From Melioribacteraceae bacterium (GTDB lineage Bacteria > Bacteroidota > Ignavibacteria > Ignavibacteriales > Melioribacteraceae), in the NCBI GenBank assembly GCA_015493615.1, contig WGCV01000010.1:28836-92835 (forward strand): a stretch of 64,000 nt of DNA, given 5' to 3'. Shown piece after piece: positions 1-9,420 of this stretch. Numbering within the stretch: position 1 is the stretch's first letter; each line of letters starts with the position of its first letter. Below the pieces are notes generated by a model that was not told where the DNA came from, ran no database searches, and was given only the letters and a program-made list of their open reading frames with translations. The translations under genes and the position numbers were made by a program.

Positions 1-309
1 CTGATAGGCTACGAACACATAGAGGGGAATCGTATTATTTCCCGTGAACACGTCGTGGAGCGAAGTTCCCGATAAGAATGCGAGATGAAGATTTCCAATT
101 ACTCCGCCCGCTCCGCTGAAGCTTAATGAATATCCGACGGAAATCCATAGGACGGTTGTCCATCCCAATGAAACAAAGCTTTGTATCATAATTGTCAAAA
201 CGTTTTTACGGCCTACAAGTCCGCCGTAAAAAAAAGCTAACCCCGGAGTCATTAACATCACCAAACTTGTGGCAACGAGCATAAATCCGGTACTTCCGGT
301 ATCAATCAT
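1..309 (-). CDS. amtB: Ammonium transporter, Amt family (5' part only; gene continues beyond the left edge)
   Basis: Absent from the ORF track because it is open at the window edge. The reverse complement from the ATG (complement of 307-309) reads MIDTGSTGFMLVATSLVMLMTPGLAFFYGGLVGRKNVLTIMIQ. This contains the conserved Amt/MEP motif MTPGLAFFYGG..R.KN. Confidence 0.8.
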   Translation of the reverse strand, partial: MIDTGSTGFMLVATSLVMLMTPGLAFFYGGLVGRKNVLTIMIQSFVSLGWTTVLWISVGYSLSFSGAGGVIGNLHLAFLSGTSLHDVFTGNNTIPLYVFVAYQ

Positions 310-333
310 AATAACCTCTGATAATTTTATTAA

Positions 334-1089
334 TTAAATAGATAATCCGAAAATCAAATAGGAGATTTCGGCTTTGGGATTAATTGTATAGGAAACCGAA
401 AGAGGAATCGAGAAACTGTTTGTCAGCTTAATTTCTCTTTGCAGCTTAACTCCTAAATTTATTATGTTAAATTTTTCAGTTCCGTAATAAGCGGGATTGG
501 TTTTGCTTCCGCCCGCCGCTCCTACGAATAAATCAAAATCATAGTCCGAAACGGAATATGAATAATCCAATTCAAAATAAGCGTTGCGTCCTTCGTCGTT
601 ATAAACATTAACAAACGCGGAAAGCGACAAGGGAAATGAATTGTTTCCGGAAAGTGAGAATCCGAGTTCCAAGGTATGCGCGCCTGCGCCGTTGGGATTA
701 TCGTAATTATTAAAATTTCCGAGTCTGATTCCCGCTTGCGGGAAGTAATAATCGGTGATAAAAGTTGAAAAGCCTATCCCGTTTTTGAAGCGGTAAGAAT
801 AACTTGCCCAAGTATCAATTTCCTGACTTACTCCGAAATCATCTTCCGATTTATTGATTTTGGATAAAGCGTAAGAACCCCAAAACCCGAAGCTCAATCC
901 CGAATATGAAACCGAAAGAGCCGGCTGAACATTCGGAGCGTCGTTAACCAAAGTTCCCCGCCAAACATACCGGCTTACAAAATCGGCAGAAGCCGAAGCG
1001 GAAAATGAACTTTGAGAAAAAACCGCCGTTGAAAGAAGAAGCGCGGAGAGAACTGCGAGAAATGAAACTCGTTTTGTTGATATTTTCAT
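334..1089 (-). CDS. Secreted outer-membrane beta-barrel/porin-like protein (TorF/Gcw_chp-like), directly upstream of amtB on the same strand
   Basis: N-terminal signal peptide (MKISTKRVSFLAVLSALLLSTAVFSQ). Alternating aromatic/hydrophilic beta-strand pattern, C-terminal LIFGLSI, and a VSRYVWRG motif typical of this porin family. 24-nt gap to amtB. Confidence 0.5.
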   Translation of the reverse strand: MKISTKRVSFLAVLSALLLSTAVFSQSSFSASASADFVSRYVWRGTLVNDAPNVQPALSVSYSGLSFGFWGSYALSKINKSEDDFGVSQEIDTWASYSYRFKNGIGFSTFITDYYFPQAGIRLGNFNNYDNPNGAGAHTLELGFSLSGNNSFPLSLSAFVNVYNDEGRNAYFELDYSYSVSDYDFDLFVGAAGGSKTNPAYYGTEKFNIINLGVKLQREIKLTNSFSIPLSVSYTINPKAEISYLIFGLSI

Positions 1090-1260
1090 GCAAATACCTT
1101 AAAAGTTATTTATGTTTCCGAAACTTATTTTAATTAATGAAATCAGTGAAACACTAAATCAACGAACGGGACATATTTGTTGTTAGCGGGACAGAAAATC
1201 GATGTTTTTTAGTCCGGAATTTTTATATTAAAGTTTTGTTGAAATAATACTGACCGGTAA

Positions 1261-2052
1261 ATGGACGATACTGAAAAAATAAATATTTTAATTATAGATA
1301 ATCACATTAGCACTGAGATTGATTTTTCCGGAATATTTATTGAATCTAAATTCAAGATTTATCTTTCCGACGGAATTGAAAACGGACTTGAAATTGCCGC
1401 GCGTTATCTGCCCCATATAATAATTTGTTCAATTACTGATTTTGACGCCGGAAGAAAATTAATAGTTAATATTTATAACGAAGAACGCACACGTTTCCTT
1501 CCGGTGATTTATATCTCATCGTCGGTTTGGGATAAAAATGAATTCAGAGCAATAATGAATCTCGGCGCGGCGGATTATTTCCCGGCGGATTTTAAATCTG
1601 AGGATTTGGTTAAATCGGTTCAAAGAAGGGTGGCGCAAAGAATTGAGTTTAAAACTCAGATAATGGAAACTTGCCAGCGCGCTTTTGAAACTGAGAATCT
1701 GACGAAGAAAGATCATATTTTAATTACAGTCGGGAAAAGACTTCAGCTCGTAAAGTATGATCAAATTGTTTGTATCTCGGCGGAAAAGGAATATTCAAAA
1801 ATCAGAACAATGAAGGGGAAAGCCATTATTGTCCGGAAGTCGTTAAAAAGCTGGCTGGAAATTTTACCTCCGAATGACTTTTTGCGAATTCACCGTCAGA
1901 ATATCATTAACGTAAATTCAATTGAAAAAATTGAAAAAACAAAGTCGAGGAGTTATGTCGTTTATCTTAAAACTCTCTCGAAACCTCTCGAACTGAGCCG
2001 TCGCTACTCGGCAATAATGCGAAAAACTTTCTCGGGTAAAACAGAATTATAA
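1261..2052 (+). CDS. LytTR-family DNA-binding regulator with a degenerate (pseudo-)receiver domain
   Basis: The C-terminal ~100 aa match the LytTR pattern (ILITVGKRLQLVKYDQIVCISAEKEYSKIRT...FLRIHRQNIINVNSIEKI). The N-terminal CheY-like fold has IIDNH instead of DD, Ser at the expected phospho-Asp position (IIICSITDF), and no conserved Lys (DYFPAD). Confidence 0.75.
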   Translation: MDDTEKINILIIDNHISTEIDFSGIFIESKFKIYLSDGIENGLEIAARYLPHIIICSITDFDAGRKLIVNIYNEERTRFLPVIYISSSVWDKNEFRAIMNLGAADYFPADFKSEDLVKSVQRRVAQRIEFKTQIMETCQRAFETENLTKKDHILITVGKRLQLVKYDQIVCISAEKEYSKIRTMKGKAIIVRKSLKSWLEILPPNDFLRIHRQNIINVNSIEKIEKTKSRSYVVYLKTLSKPLELSRRYSAIMRKTFSGKTEL

Positions 2053-2070
2053 CGGACTTGTGTTGTTCTG

Positions 2071-2853
2071 TTATCTGTGAAATTTCCCAAACAGATATTT
2101 TTTTATTTTACCCGGGTAGTTTGTCGTTAAAGCGTCCGCGCCGAGATTAGTCATATTTAAGGCGTCTTCCGGAGTGTTGACATCGTAAAGCACGAAATCG
2201 TAGCCGCGTTTTTGTATCTCACGAATTATGTTCCCGCTGATTCCTTTGGAAAAATTCATGTCGATCCCATCGGCGTTAATCATATCAAGCGTCGTTAGCA
2301 GTTTGGATAAAACCGACTTCATGTTGTTGCAATCATCTTTGAACAGCCATTCAAAAATCCAATAAGCTTTAATGTCAGGGAAGTATTTTTTACCGCTTGT
2401 AATTACTTTTGGGTCGAAGGAAATTATTCTAATCAGCCGATGAGGAAATTTTGTTCGCCGGAGAATGTTGTTCAACTCCTCAAGGAATTTTTCCCGCCCG
2501 TCTTTTATTTCAATAAAAATCCCTTTCCCTTCGGGTATGATTTTCAATAAATCTTCGAGCAGAAGAATTCTTGTGTTTTTAAACTTCTCGCTTTTCCAAT
2601 CTCCGAAATCGAGATTCTCCATTTCCTCATACGTTGACTTAACAACGTTCATGTTTGTTTGATGCGGCGCGGTTCTAAGCGTGTGTTTATCGTGCAGACA
2701 AACAATCCGATTATCCTCGGTCAGCCAAAAATCTCCTTCAATAAAATCGGCGTCTTCCTTGAAGGCAAGAAGAAAGCTTGGCAGTGTGTTTTCCGGCGCC
2801 GCATAGGAAGCGCCGCGATGCGCAACGATGAAAGGCATTTTACGTACATTCAT
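2071..2853 (-). CDS. Glycerophosphodiester phosphodiesterase (GDPD family)
   Basis: Has the GDPD signature FIVAHRGASYAAPENTLPSF...IEGDFWLTEDNRIVCLHD. I start it at the internal Met (MNVRKMPF, 2853) because the longest ORF (to 2919) would overlap the glpD stop at 2859. Confidence 0.8.
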   Translation of the reverse strand: MNVRKMPFIVAHRGASYAAPENTLPSFLLAFKEDADFIEGDFWLTEDNRIVCLHDKHTLRTAPHQTNMNVVKSTYEEMENLDFGDWKSEKFKNTRILLLEDLLKIIPEGKGIFIEIKDGREKFLEELNNILRRTKFPHRLIRIISFDPKVITSGKKYFPDIKAYWIFEWLFKDDCNNMKSVLSKLLTTLDMINADGIDMNFSKGISGNIIREIQKRGYDFVLYDVNTPEDALNMTNLGADALTTNYPGKIKKYLFGKFHR

Positions 2854-2858
2854 TTGTT

Positions 2859-4475
2859 TTACTCCAATAAATAACCTTTTGCAAGCGATGTGTAATTTGC
2901 AATTTGCTCCTTTTCCCATTCCCGTGATTTTCCAAACTCGCGCTTCAGCAAACTTGCAACGGCAGGCGCGGCTTCAATACTGGCTTTGGCGTCAAGGAAA
3001 AGGGAACGGGTTCTTCGCGCGAGAATATCTTCAACGGTTAATGCCATTTCGTGTCTTGCCGCCCAGATAACTTCCGCTTTGATGTAAGGCAAATCGGGAT
3101 GAAGTTTTTCTCTCAGCGCTGGCGACTTGGCGAGAATGTCATTCTCAATCGCTTCTTTGTCCGCGCCGTAATAATGAAGAGGCTCGCTCGGGTTAAAATT
3201 TTTAACATATCCGTGAATCGGCATATTTTCCGTTACGGATTTTCTTTCCTCCAGTCCGCCTACGAGAATAGCTTTGTCGATAACATCTTCGCCCATTTTT
3301 CTGTAGGTTGTCCATTTTCCGCCCGTTATTGTTATTAATCCGGAAAGTGAAACCGTGATTTGATGTTTGCGGGAAATTTCTTTCGTCTCGGTCGGACTGT
3401 CGGGTGAAACGGCAAGGGGACGAAGTCCGGCAAAAATACTCAGAACGTCTTTTCTTCCGGGCGGACGGTTTAAATACTGCGCTGAAGTCGAAAGGAGAAA
3501 TTCAATTTCTTCATCAAGCGCGCGTGGTTCAAGCGTTATGTTATCGACCGGCGTATCAGTTGTGCCTACGATTACCTTATTGTGCCAGGGGACGGCAAAT
3601 AAAACTCGTCCGTCGGAAGTATGCGGAATCATTATTGCGGAATCTCCTTCGAGAAATGATTTATCCAATACGATATGCACGCCTTGACTCGGGCGAATTA
3701 AGGAAGGGGAATCGGGATTGTCAAGCTCGGCAATTTTGCCGGCAAAAACTCCGGCGGCATTAATTATTGTTTTTCCTTTCACTATAAATTCTTCGTCGTT
3801 AACTAAATCTTTAACCGAAACTCCTTCGATAAATCCATCTTTATCTTTCAATAATCCGGAAACTCGAGTGTAATTAACCGGAAGCCCCCCGTTTTCGGTA
3901 AATGTTTGCGCAAGATTAATCGCAAGGCGGGAATCATCAAATTGCCCGTCGTAATAAATTACTCCCCCTTTTAACCCGTCGTCGTTAAGGTTGGGGATTA
4001 ATCTCATGATTGTTTCTTTGTCAATTTTTCTTGAATGCCCGAACCCGAGCTTGCCCGCCATTCTGTCGTAAACTTTCATTCCGATTGAATAGAAAGGACC
4101 TTCCCACCATTCGTAATTTGGTATGATAAATTCTCTGTCCGATACAAGATGAGGAGCGTTTTGCATTAAGAGTCCGCGCTCGCGCAGGGCTTCAAACACA
4201 AGTGAAATATCACCTTCGGCAAGATAGCGAACGCCGCCGTGAACTAACTTGGTGCTCCGGCTGGAAGTCCCCTTTGCAAAATCCGCTTGCTCAAAAAGAA
4301 TCGCCGAAAATCCTCGTGAGGCGGCGTCAACTGCGGCTCCCAGTCCGGTTGCGCCTCCGCCGATAATTATTACATCCCAGATTTTGTCGGGCGATTCCTT
4401 TATTTTACTTAAGATATATTCTCTGTTCATTTTAGTCCCAGTTTTAATAGATAGAGCATAGGAAATTGTGCTCAA
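2859..4475 (-). CDS. glpD: FAD-dependent glycerol-3-phosphate dehydrogenase
   Basis: Dinucleotide-binding motif WDVIIIGGGATGLGAAVDAASRG, then KGTSSRSTKLVHGGVRYL, with GlpD-type length and C-terminal domain. An alternative start at 4430 (MNREYIL) is equally plausible. Forms an operon with the downstream GDPD gene. Confidence 0.85.
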   Translation of the reverse strand: MSTISYALSIKTGTKMNREYILSKIKESPDKIWDVIIIGGGATGLGAAVDAASRGFSAILFEQADFAKGTSSRSTKLVHGGVRYLAEGDISLVFEALRERGLLMQNAPHLVSDREFIIPNYEWWEGPFYSIGMKVYDRMAGKLGFGHSRKIDKETIMRLIPNLNDDGLKGGVIYYDGQFDDSRLAINLAQTFTENGGLPVNYTRVSGLLKDKDGFIEGVSVKDLVNDEEFIVKGKTIINAAGVFAGKIAELDNPDSPSLIRPSQGVHIVLDKSFLEGDSAIMIPHTSDGRVLFAVPWHNKVIVGTTDTPVDNITLEPRALDEEIEFLLSTSAQYLNRPPGRKDVLSIFAGLRPLAVSPDSPTETKEISRKHQITVSLSGLITITGGKWTTYRKMGEDVIDKAILVGGLEERKSVTENMPIHGYVKNFNPSEPLHYYGADKEAIENDILAKSPALREKLHPDLPYIKAEVIWAARHEMALTVEDILARRTRSLFLDAKASIEAAPAVASLLKREFGKSREWEKEQIANYTSLAKGYLLE

Positions 4476-4635
4476 AATTCATCTGTTATCAAAATTTTAA
4501 TGCCGTAATTTTCAATTTACATTTTTTCTTAAACAAAAAATGAATTTTTAAGAAATTTCTCTTTGGGAATTAAACCTTTTTAGATAATTTTCCTTTGTAC
4601 TAATTATTATTTAAACAAAAAAATGAGAAGTAAAA

Positions 4636-5922
4636 ATGACAAATAAGAATTTCAACCCATTTGAGATGGCTCAGAAACAATTTGATAATGTTGCCGAGCT
4701 ATTAAATCTTGACGAAGGAACTCGCGAGCTTCTTCGTAATCCTTTGCGGGAGTTTCAGTTTCTGATTCCCGTAAAAATGGACGACGGAAGCGTGAAAGTT
4801 TTTCGCGGTTTCCGTGTCCAGCACAATGATGCGCGCGGTCCGGCTAAAGGCGGAATCCGTTTTCACCCGCAGGAAACAATTGATACCGTACGCGCATTAT
4901 CGATGTGGATGACTTGGAAATGCGCCGTTGTCGATATTCCTCTCGGCGGCGGAAAAGGGGGAGTGATATGCGATCCGCACAATTTAAGCGCAAGCGAACA
5001 GGAACAAATCAGCCGCGGCTGGGTCCGCCAGATGGCGAAGAATGTAGGTCCGCTGAATGACGTTCCCGCTCCCGACGTAATGACAAACGCTCAGCACATG
5101 ATTTGGATGCTTGACGAATATGAAGCGATTCACGGCGCAAAATATCCCGGATTTATTACCGGAAAGCCTGTCGGCTTGGGCGGTTCGCTCGGAAGAACCG
5201 AAGCGACGGGATTCGGAGTAATCTTTACTCTGCGTGAAGCTATGAAAGCCAAAGGTGTAAATCCGGCGGATACCGTTGCAAGCGTTCAGGGATTCGGAAA
5301 CGTGGCGCAATATGCAATCAGAAAATACACCGAGCTTGGCGGCAAAGTTATTTCCGTCTCAAGCTGGGATCAGGAAGACCAAACTTCGTACATGTTTAAG
5401 CGCGAAAGCGGAATCGATATTGACGAACTTCTCGGCATAACCGATAAGTTCGGCGGAATCGACAAAGAAGCCGCAAAAAATCTCGGTTACGAAGTTCTGC
5501 CGGGTGACGAGTGGATTAAGCAGGATGTGGACGTTTTAATTCCCGCCGCTTTGGAAAACCAAATCCGCGAAGACAACATCAACAGTATCAGCGACAAAGT
5601 GAAATTTATTGTTGAAGGAGCTAACGGTCCGACTACTCCCGAAGCCGATGAAGTGATTAAAGAAAAAGGAATTTTTGTCGTTCCCGATTTCTTAGCAAAC
5701 GCAGGCGGAGTAACTTGCAGCTATTTCGAACAGGTTCAATCGAATATGAATTTCTTCTGGACTAAGGAAGAAGTGCTGACAAAGTTAGACGAAAAAATGA
5801 CCGCGGCTTTTAAGGCTGTTTATGAACTTTCGGAAAAGAAGAAGATTTACATGCGCGACGCCGCTTACGTAATTTCCGTAAGCCGCGTAGCCGATGCTTG
5901 CAAAAAAAGAGGCTGGGTTTAG
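4636..5922 (+). CDS. gdhA: Glutamate dehydrogenase (Glu/Leu/Phe/Val dehydrogenase family)
   Basis: Motifs GPAKGGIRFHP and IPLGGGKGGV (catalytic Lys region), a GFGNVA Rossmann motif, and a typical length of 428 aa. Confidence 0.9.
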   Translation: MTNKNFNPFEMAQKQFDNVAELLNLDEGTRELLRNPLREFQFLIPVKMDDGSVKVFRGFRVQHNDARGPAKGGIRFHPQETIDTVRALSMWMTWKCAVVDIPLGGGKGGVICDPHNLSASEQEQISRGWVRQMAKNVGPLNDVPAPDVMTNAQHMIWMLDEYEAIHGAKYPGFITGKPVGLGGSLGRTEATGFGVIFTLREAMKAKGVNPADTVASVQGFGNVAQYAIRKYTELGGKVISVSSWDQEDQTSYMFKRESGIDIDELLGITDKFGGIDKEAAKNLGYEVLPGDEWIKQDVDVLIPAALENQIREDNINSISDKVKFIVEGANGPTTPEADEVIKEKGIFVVPDFLANAGGVTCSYFEQVQSNMNFFWTKEEVLTKLDEKMTAAFKAVYELSEKKKIYMRDAAYVISVSRVADACKKRGWV

Positions 5923-5947
5923 TTAAAAACGCTCAGCTGTAAAATTT

Positions 5948-5985
5948 AAACTGCCCGTGACTTAATGGCTCGGGCAGTTTTTCTG
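5948..5985 (+). terminator. Rho-independent terminator of gdhA
   Basis: aaactgcccg / cgggcagttt form a 10-bp stem (5948-5957 with 5971-5980), followed by a T-rich tail (ttttctgtttct). Confidence 0.7.
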
Positions 5986-6026
5986 TTTCTGATATTAAGA
6001 ATTATACGGTAGAATATTTAAGTCAT

Positions 6027-6225
6027 TTAATAGGTGTCTTTGCATAACCTAATTTATTTGTCATTCTGATCCCGCCAATGCGGGAGAAGAATCTCATAAC
6101 CGGTAATTATACCGAATTTAGAGATATTTCGGACGGCTTACACCTTCGCCCCCGCCGAAAATCGGTCGGGGTAAACGTGGCGAACTCAATATGACAATTT
6201 TAGGTTTTGCAAAGGTTTCTATTAG
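6027..6225. repeat. MITE-like intergenic element, copy 1 (long imperfect terminal inverted repeats, internal hairpins)
   Basis: The left arm ctttgcataacctaatttatttgtcattctg pairs with the reverse complement of the right arm caatatgacaattttaggttttgcaaag. The core gaagaatctca.aaccggtaattatac.ga.tttagagatatttcggacggctt recurs at 57833-57988. Confidence 0.6.
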
Positions 6226-6291
6226 AAAAAAGAAAAAATTGATTGAGAATTTAATATCTTAATCTTAAAGTAAAAATAAAATTGGTTTGCA

Positions 6292-9200
6292 ATGAACGAA
6301 ATTCCCACCCCCTACGAAAATAATTCCACCGACGAAATAAGAGAGCTGAATTGCATCTTCAAAATTGAGGAGATCCTGAAACGCCAGGATATAACAATCA
6401 AAGAAAAATATATGAAGATTGTTGAGGCGATTCCCGACAGCATGTCCGCTCCGGAATATATTGCGGCACAGATGACTTTGTACGATGAAATTTATAAAAC
6501 TAAGAATTTTAAATATACACCTTGGACGCTTTCATTTCCGATTGTTGTGCAGGGAGATGAAGTCGGAAGCATCACGGTAGTTTATCGTAAGCGTGTTTTT
6601 AAGGATCGGGAGGAGCAGTTTACTCGCGACGAGAAGCAGCTTCTTAACACAATAGCCAACCGTTTGGAACACTTTATTTTATACCAGGACCTTAAAAATA
6701 TTTTTTCCGATTTAAGCGCCGCGAACAAACAGTTTAAAAACCAGAAGCGTCCGGCGTGGAAAATAATACTGAAAATGCTTCGTAAAACCGACCCGCCTCT
6801 ATTTATGCGGATTTTGAGAAAAATACTTTTGATTCTTTCTTCAAAGGAGATTGAAGAAGCAAATGTTTTAATCAATCAGGCAAGTATTTCTTATTTTGGC
6901 GAAGACGAGGAACAGGTTGATGAAAACCGTCCGATTAAGAAGAAGAAAATTAACACTTACGACGATTACATCAAGGAGATAATAGAGCTTGCCCAAAAGC
7001 ACATTAAGGATAGCGATCTTGAGCAAAGTCTTGAACAGTGGATGCTCCTGAATAAGGCGATTCCTCTTATCAAAATTTTGGAATCGGAAAGCACTTCGCT
7101 GACCGAGATTTCGGAATCCATTAGGAAGTATTTCCATATTGCTCCGGAAAAAATAAGGTTGACAGAAAGTTTGATTAAAGGTTTAAGGGTGTCTCTCTTA
7201 CGCCGTTTTTTCACCGACGATTTACAATATATTTCCGTGGCGAAGGAATATATTAAGCTGACGGATTTTTATGATTTAATCGATAAAACGATTTTTATGC
7301 CTTCGAGTCACGGAAAACTCGGTGGAAAAAGCTCGGGACTTTTTGTCGCTTCTTCAATTTTGCGGAATAAGGCTGAAGAAAATCCTATGCTTCGGGAAAT
7401 TTACACGCCTAAAACTTGGTACATGTCGTCCGATGGAATTCTTTATTTTATGCACTACAATGATTTGGAGGAGATGCTCGAATACAAATACAAGTCTGTA
7501 GATGAAATTCGTATTGAGTATGATCACATTGTTCAGATGTTTAAGAACTCTAAATTTCCCCTTGAACTTGTGCACGGATTTTCCCTTGCCCTTGACGATT
7601 TCGGCGATAACCCGCTTGTTGTGCGCAGTTCAAGTTTGTTGGAAGATCAAGTCGGAGCTTCATTCTCAGGGAAGTACAAATCTCTTTTCCTTGCCAATCA
7701 AGGACCTAAATCTCAGCGTATGGAAGAGCTGATGGACGCAATTACGGAAGTTTACGCTTCCACATTCGGACCGGACCCGATTGAATACCGCTCGGAAAAA
7801 GGGCTGCTTGATTTTCACGAAGAGATGGCGGTGATGATACAAGAAGTTGTCGGGACAAAAATAGGCGATTATTTCCTACCTTCGTTTGCCGGAGTAGCCT
7901 TCAGCAACAACGAATTCCGCTGGTCGCCGCGAATCCGTTTGACGGACGGTTTGGTGCGTCTTGTGCCCGGACTCGGCACACGCGCGGTTGACAGAATAGG
8001 AAACGATTTCCCGATTCTCGCCGCCCCGGGGCAGCCGTCCCTCCGGGTGAATACGACAATCCGAGAAATGATAAAATATTCTCCAAAATATGTCGATGTC
8101 ATCAATCTGAAAAACAATGAGTTTGAGACAGTTCCCCTTGATAAAATTATCAGGGAACACGGAGACGAATATCCGGGAATAGAAAAGATTCTTTCCGTTA
8201 TTGAAGGGGACATGCTTCAGCAGCCGATGAAATTCAGAACGGATTTTGAGAAAGACGATTTTGTGGTAACATTTGAAGGACTGTTTAAAAATGATAAATT
8301 TTTACAGCGCATTAATGAAATGCTTCATACACTTCAGAAGTCGTTTAATTCGCCCGTGGATATTGAATTTGCTTCCGACGGAAATAAATTATATCTGCTG
8401 CAGTGCAGACCTCAAAGCCACAGCACACAAGAGCATCCGGAAGTTATTCCGCATAATGTTCCTATGGATAGATTATTATTCCGAGCTAATAAGTTTGTAA
8501 CTAACGGCACAATAGAAGATATTAATTACGTTGTTTATGTTGATCCGGTTAAATACGGCGAAGCCGAGAATAAGGAAAAGCTGCTTAAAATTGGGGAAAT
8601 AATCGGGGCGCTCAATAAACATCTTCCTCGTAAAAAGTTTATTTTAATGGGTCCGGGAAGATGGGGCAGCCGCGGCGATATTAAACTTGGAGTACATGTT
8701 ACTTACGCGGATATAAACAACACAGCGATGCTTATTGAGATTGCTAAGAAGAAAGGGGAATATACACCCGACCTTTCTTTCGGCACCCACTTTTTTCAAG
8801 ATTTAGTCGAAGCCAAAATCAGATACTTACCCCTTTATCCCGACGAAGAAGATGGATTTTTAAATGAAGTTTTTATTAAGAAAAGAACGAATATTTTATC
8901 CGAAATATTACCTGAACATAAAGAGTTCAGCGATTACATACGCGTGATTAATCTTAAGGAAAAAAACAAGGAGTGTTCTCTTACCGTTTTGATGAACGCC
9001 AATGAAGATGAAGCCGTAGGTATTCTGGTTGACAGCGAGGGGATCAAAAACTCATACTATCGCACAATAAAAAACAGAATTTCTTCCGGTAAGATAAATA
9101 CCGCCGATGACTTTATGGCGGCGTTGTCGCTCGGCATCAGAACTTCCGAAATGAAGATCACTAAGATATTCTGGGCTAAAATTGATAAAGATGAAATCGT

Positions 9201-9420
9201 TTGCGCATTCATTCTTAAAAATAAAAAGAGCGCAAACGCTTTTGATAATTGGAGAAAAGGGTGGGAAAACGCTTACTATCTGATTAAGAAAAAAGGGGAA
9301 GAGAAAAAGGAATTTGAACTTTCTCCGTTCTATTTTTCCGTTAAAGAAGAACCCGAAGCCGTTAAAACTATTAAAGAATATTCCGATAATATAAACGAGA
9401 TAAATTTGGAAGAGGAATGA
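6292..9420 (+). CDS. Large PEP/pyruvate-binding domain protein (PPDK_N / PEP-synthase N-terminal type), possibly with an N-terminal GAF-like domain
   Basis: HGKLGGKSSGLFVASSIL and LVVRSSSLLEDQVGASFSGKYKSLFL match the ATP-grasp PEP/pyruvate-binding domain signature. 1042 aa. I saw no phospho-histidine swivel motif. Confidence 0.6.
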   Translation: MNEIPTPYENNSTDEIRELNCIFKIEEILKRQDITIKEKYMKIVEAIPDSMSAPEYIAAQMTLYDEIYKTKNFKYTPWTLSFPIVVQGDEVGSITVVYRKRVFKDREEQFTRDEKQLLNTIANRLEHFILYQDLKNIFSDLSAANKQFKNQKRPAWKIILKMLRKTDPPLFMRILRKILLILSSKEIEEANVLINQASISYFGEDEEQVDENRPIKKKKINTYDDYIKEIIELAQKHIKDSDLEQSLEQWMLLNKAIPLIKILESESTSLTEISESIRKYFHIAPEKIRLTESLIKGLRVSLLRRFFTDDLQYISVAKEYIKLTDFYDLIDKTIFMPSSHGKLGGKSSGLFVASSILRNKAEENPMLREIYTPKTWYMSSDGILYFMHYNDLEEMLEYKYKSVDEIRIEYDHIVQMFKNSKFPLELVHGFSLALDDFGDNPLVVRSSSLLEDQVGASFSGKYKSLFLANQGPKSQRMEELMDAITEVYASTFGPDPIEYRSEKGLLDFHEEMAVMIQEVVGTKIGDYFLPSFAGVAFSNNEFRWSPRIRLTDGLVRLVPGLGTRAVDRIGNDFPILAAPGQPSLRVNTTIREMIKYSPKYVDVINLKNNEFETVPLDKIIREHGDEYPGIEKILSVIEGDMLQQPMKFRTDFEKDDFVVTFEGLFKNDKFLQRINEMLHTLQKSFNSPVDIEFASDGNKLYLLQCRPQSHSTQEHPEVIPHNVPMDRLLFRANKFVTNGTIEDINYVVYVDPVKYGEAENKEKLLKIGEIIGALNKHLPRKKFILMGPGRWGSRGDIKLGVHVTYADINNTAMLIEIAKKKGEYTPDLSFGTHFFQDLVEAKIRYLPLYPDEEDGFLNEVFIKKRTNILSEILPEHKEFSDYIRVINLKEKNKECSLTVLMNANEDEAVGILVDSEGIKNSYYRTIKNRISSGKINTADDFMAALSLGIRTSEMKITKIFWAKIDKDEIVCAFILKNKKSANAFDNWRKGWENAYYLIKKKGEEKKEFELSPFYFSVKEEPEAVKTIKEYSDNINEINLEEE

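Noticed and set aside
2854-2919. Longer N-terminal extension of the GDPD gene (track ORF start at 2919), and likewise the extensions at 21710-21769, 57726-57749 and 14084-14167.
   Set aside because: The extensions overlap the upstream gene or precede an obvious signal peptide or conserved N-terminus. Internal Met starts give canonical protein N-termini.
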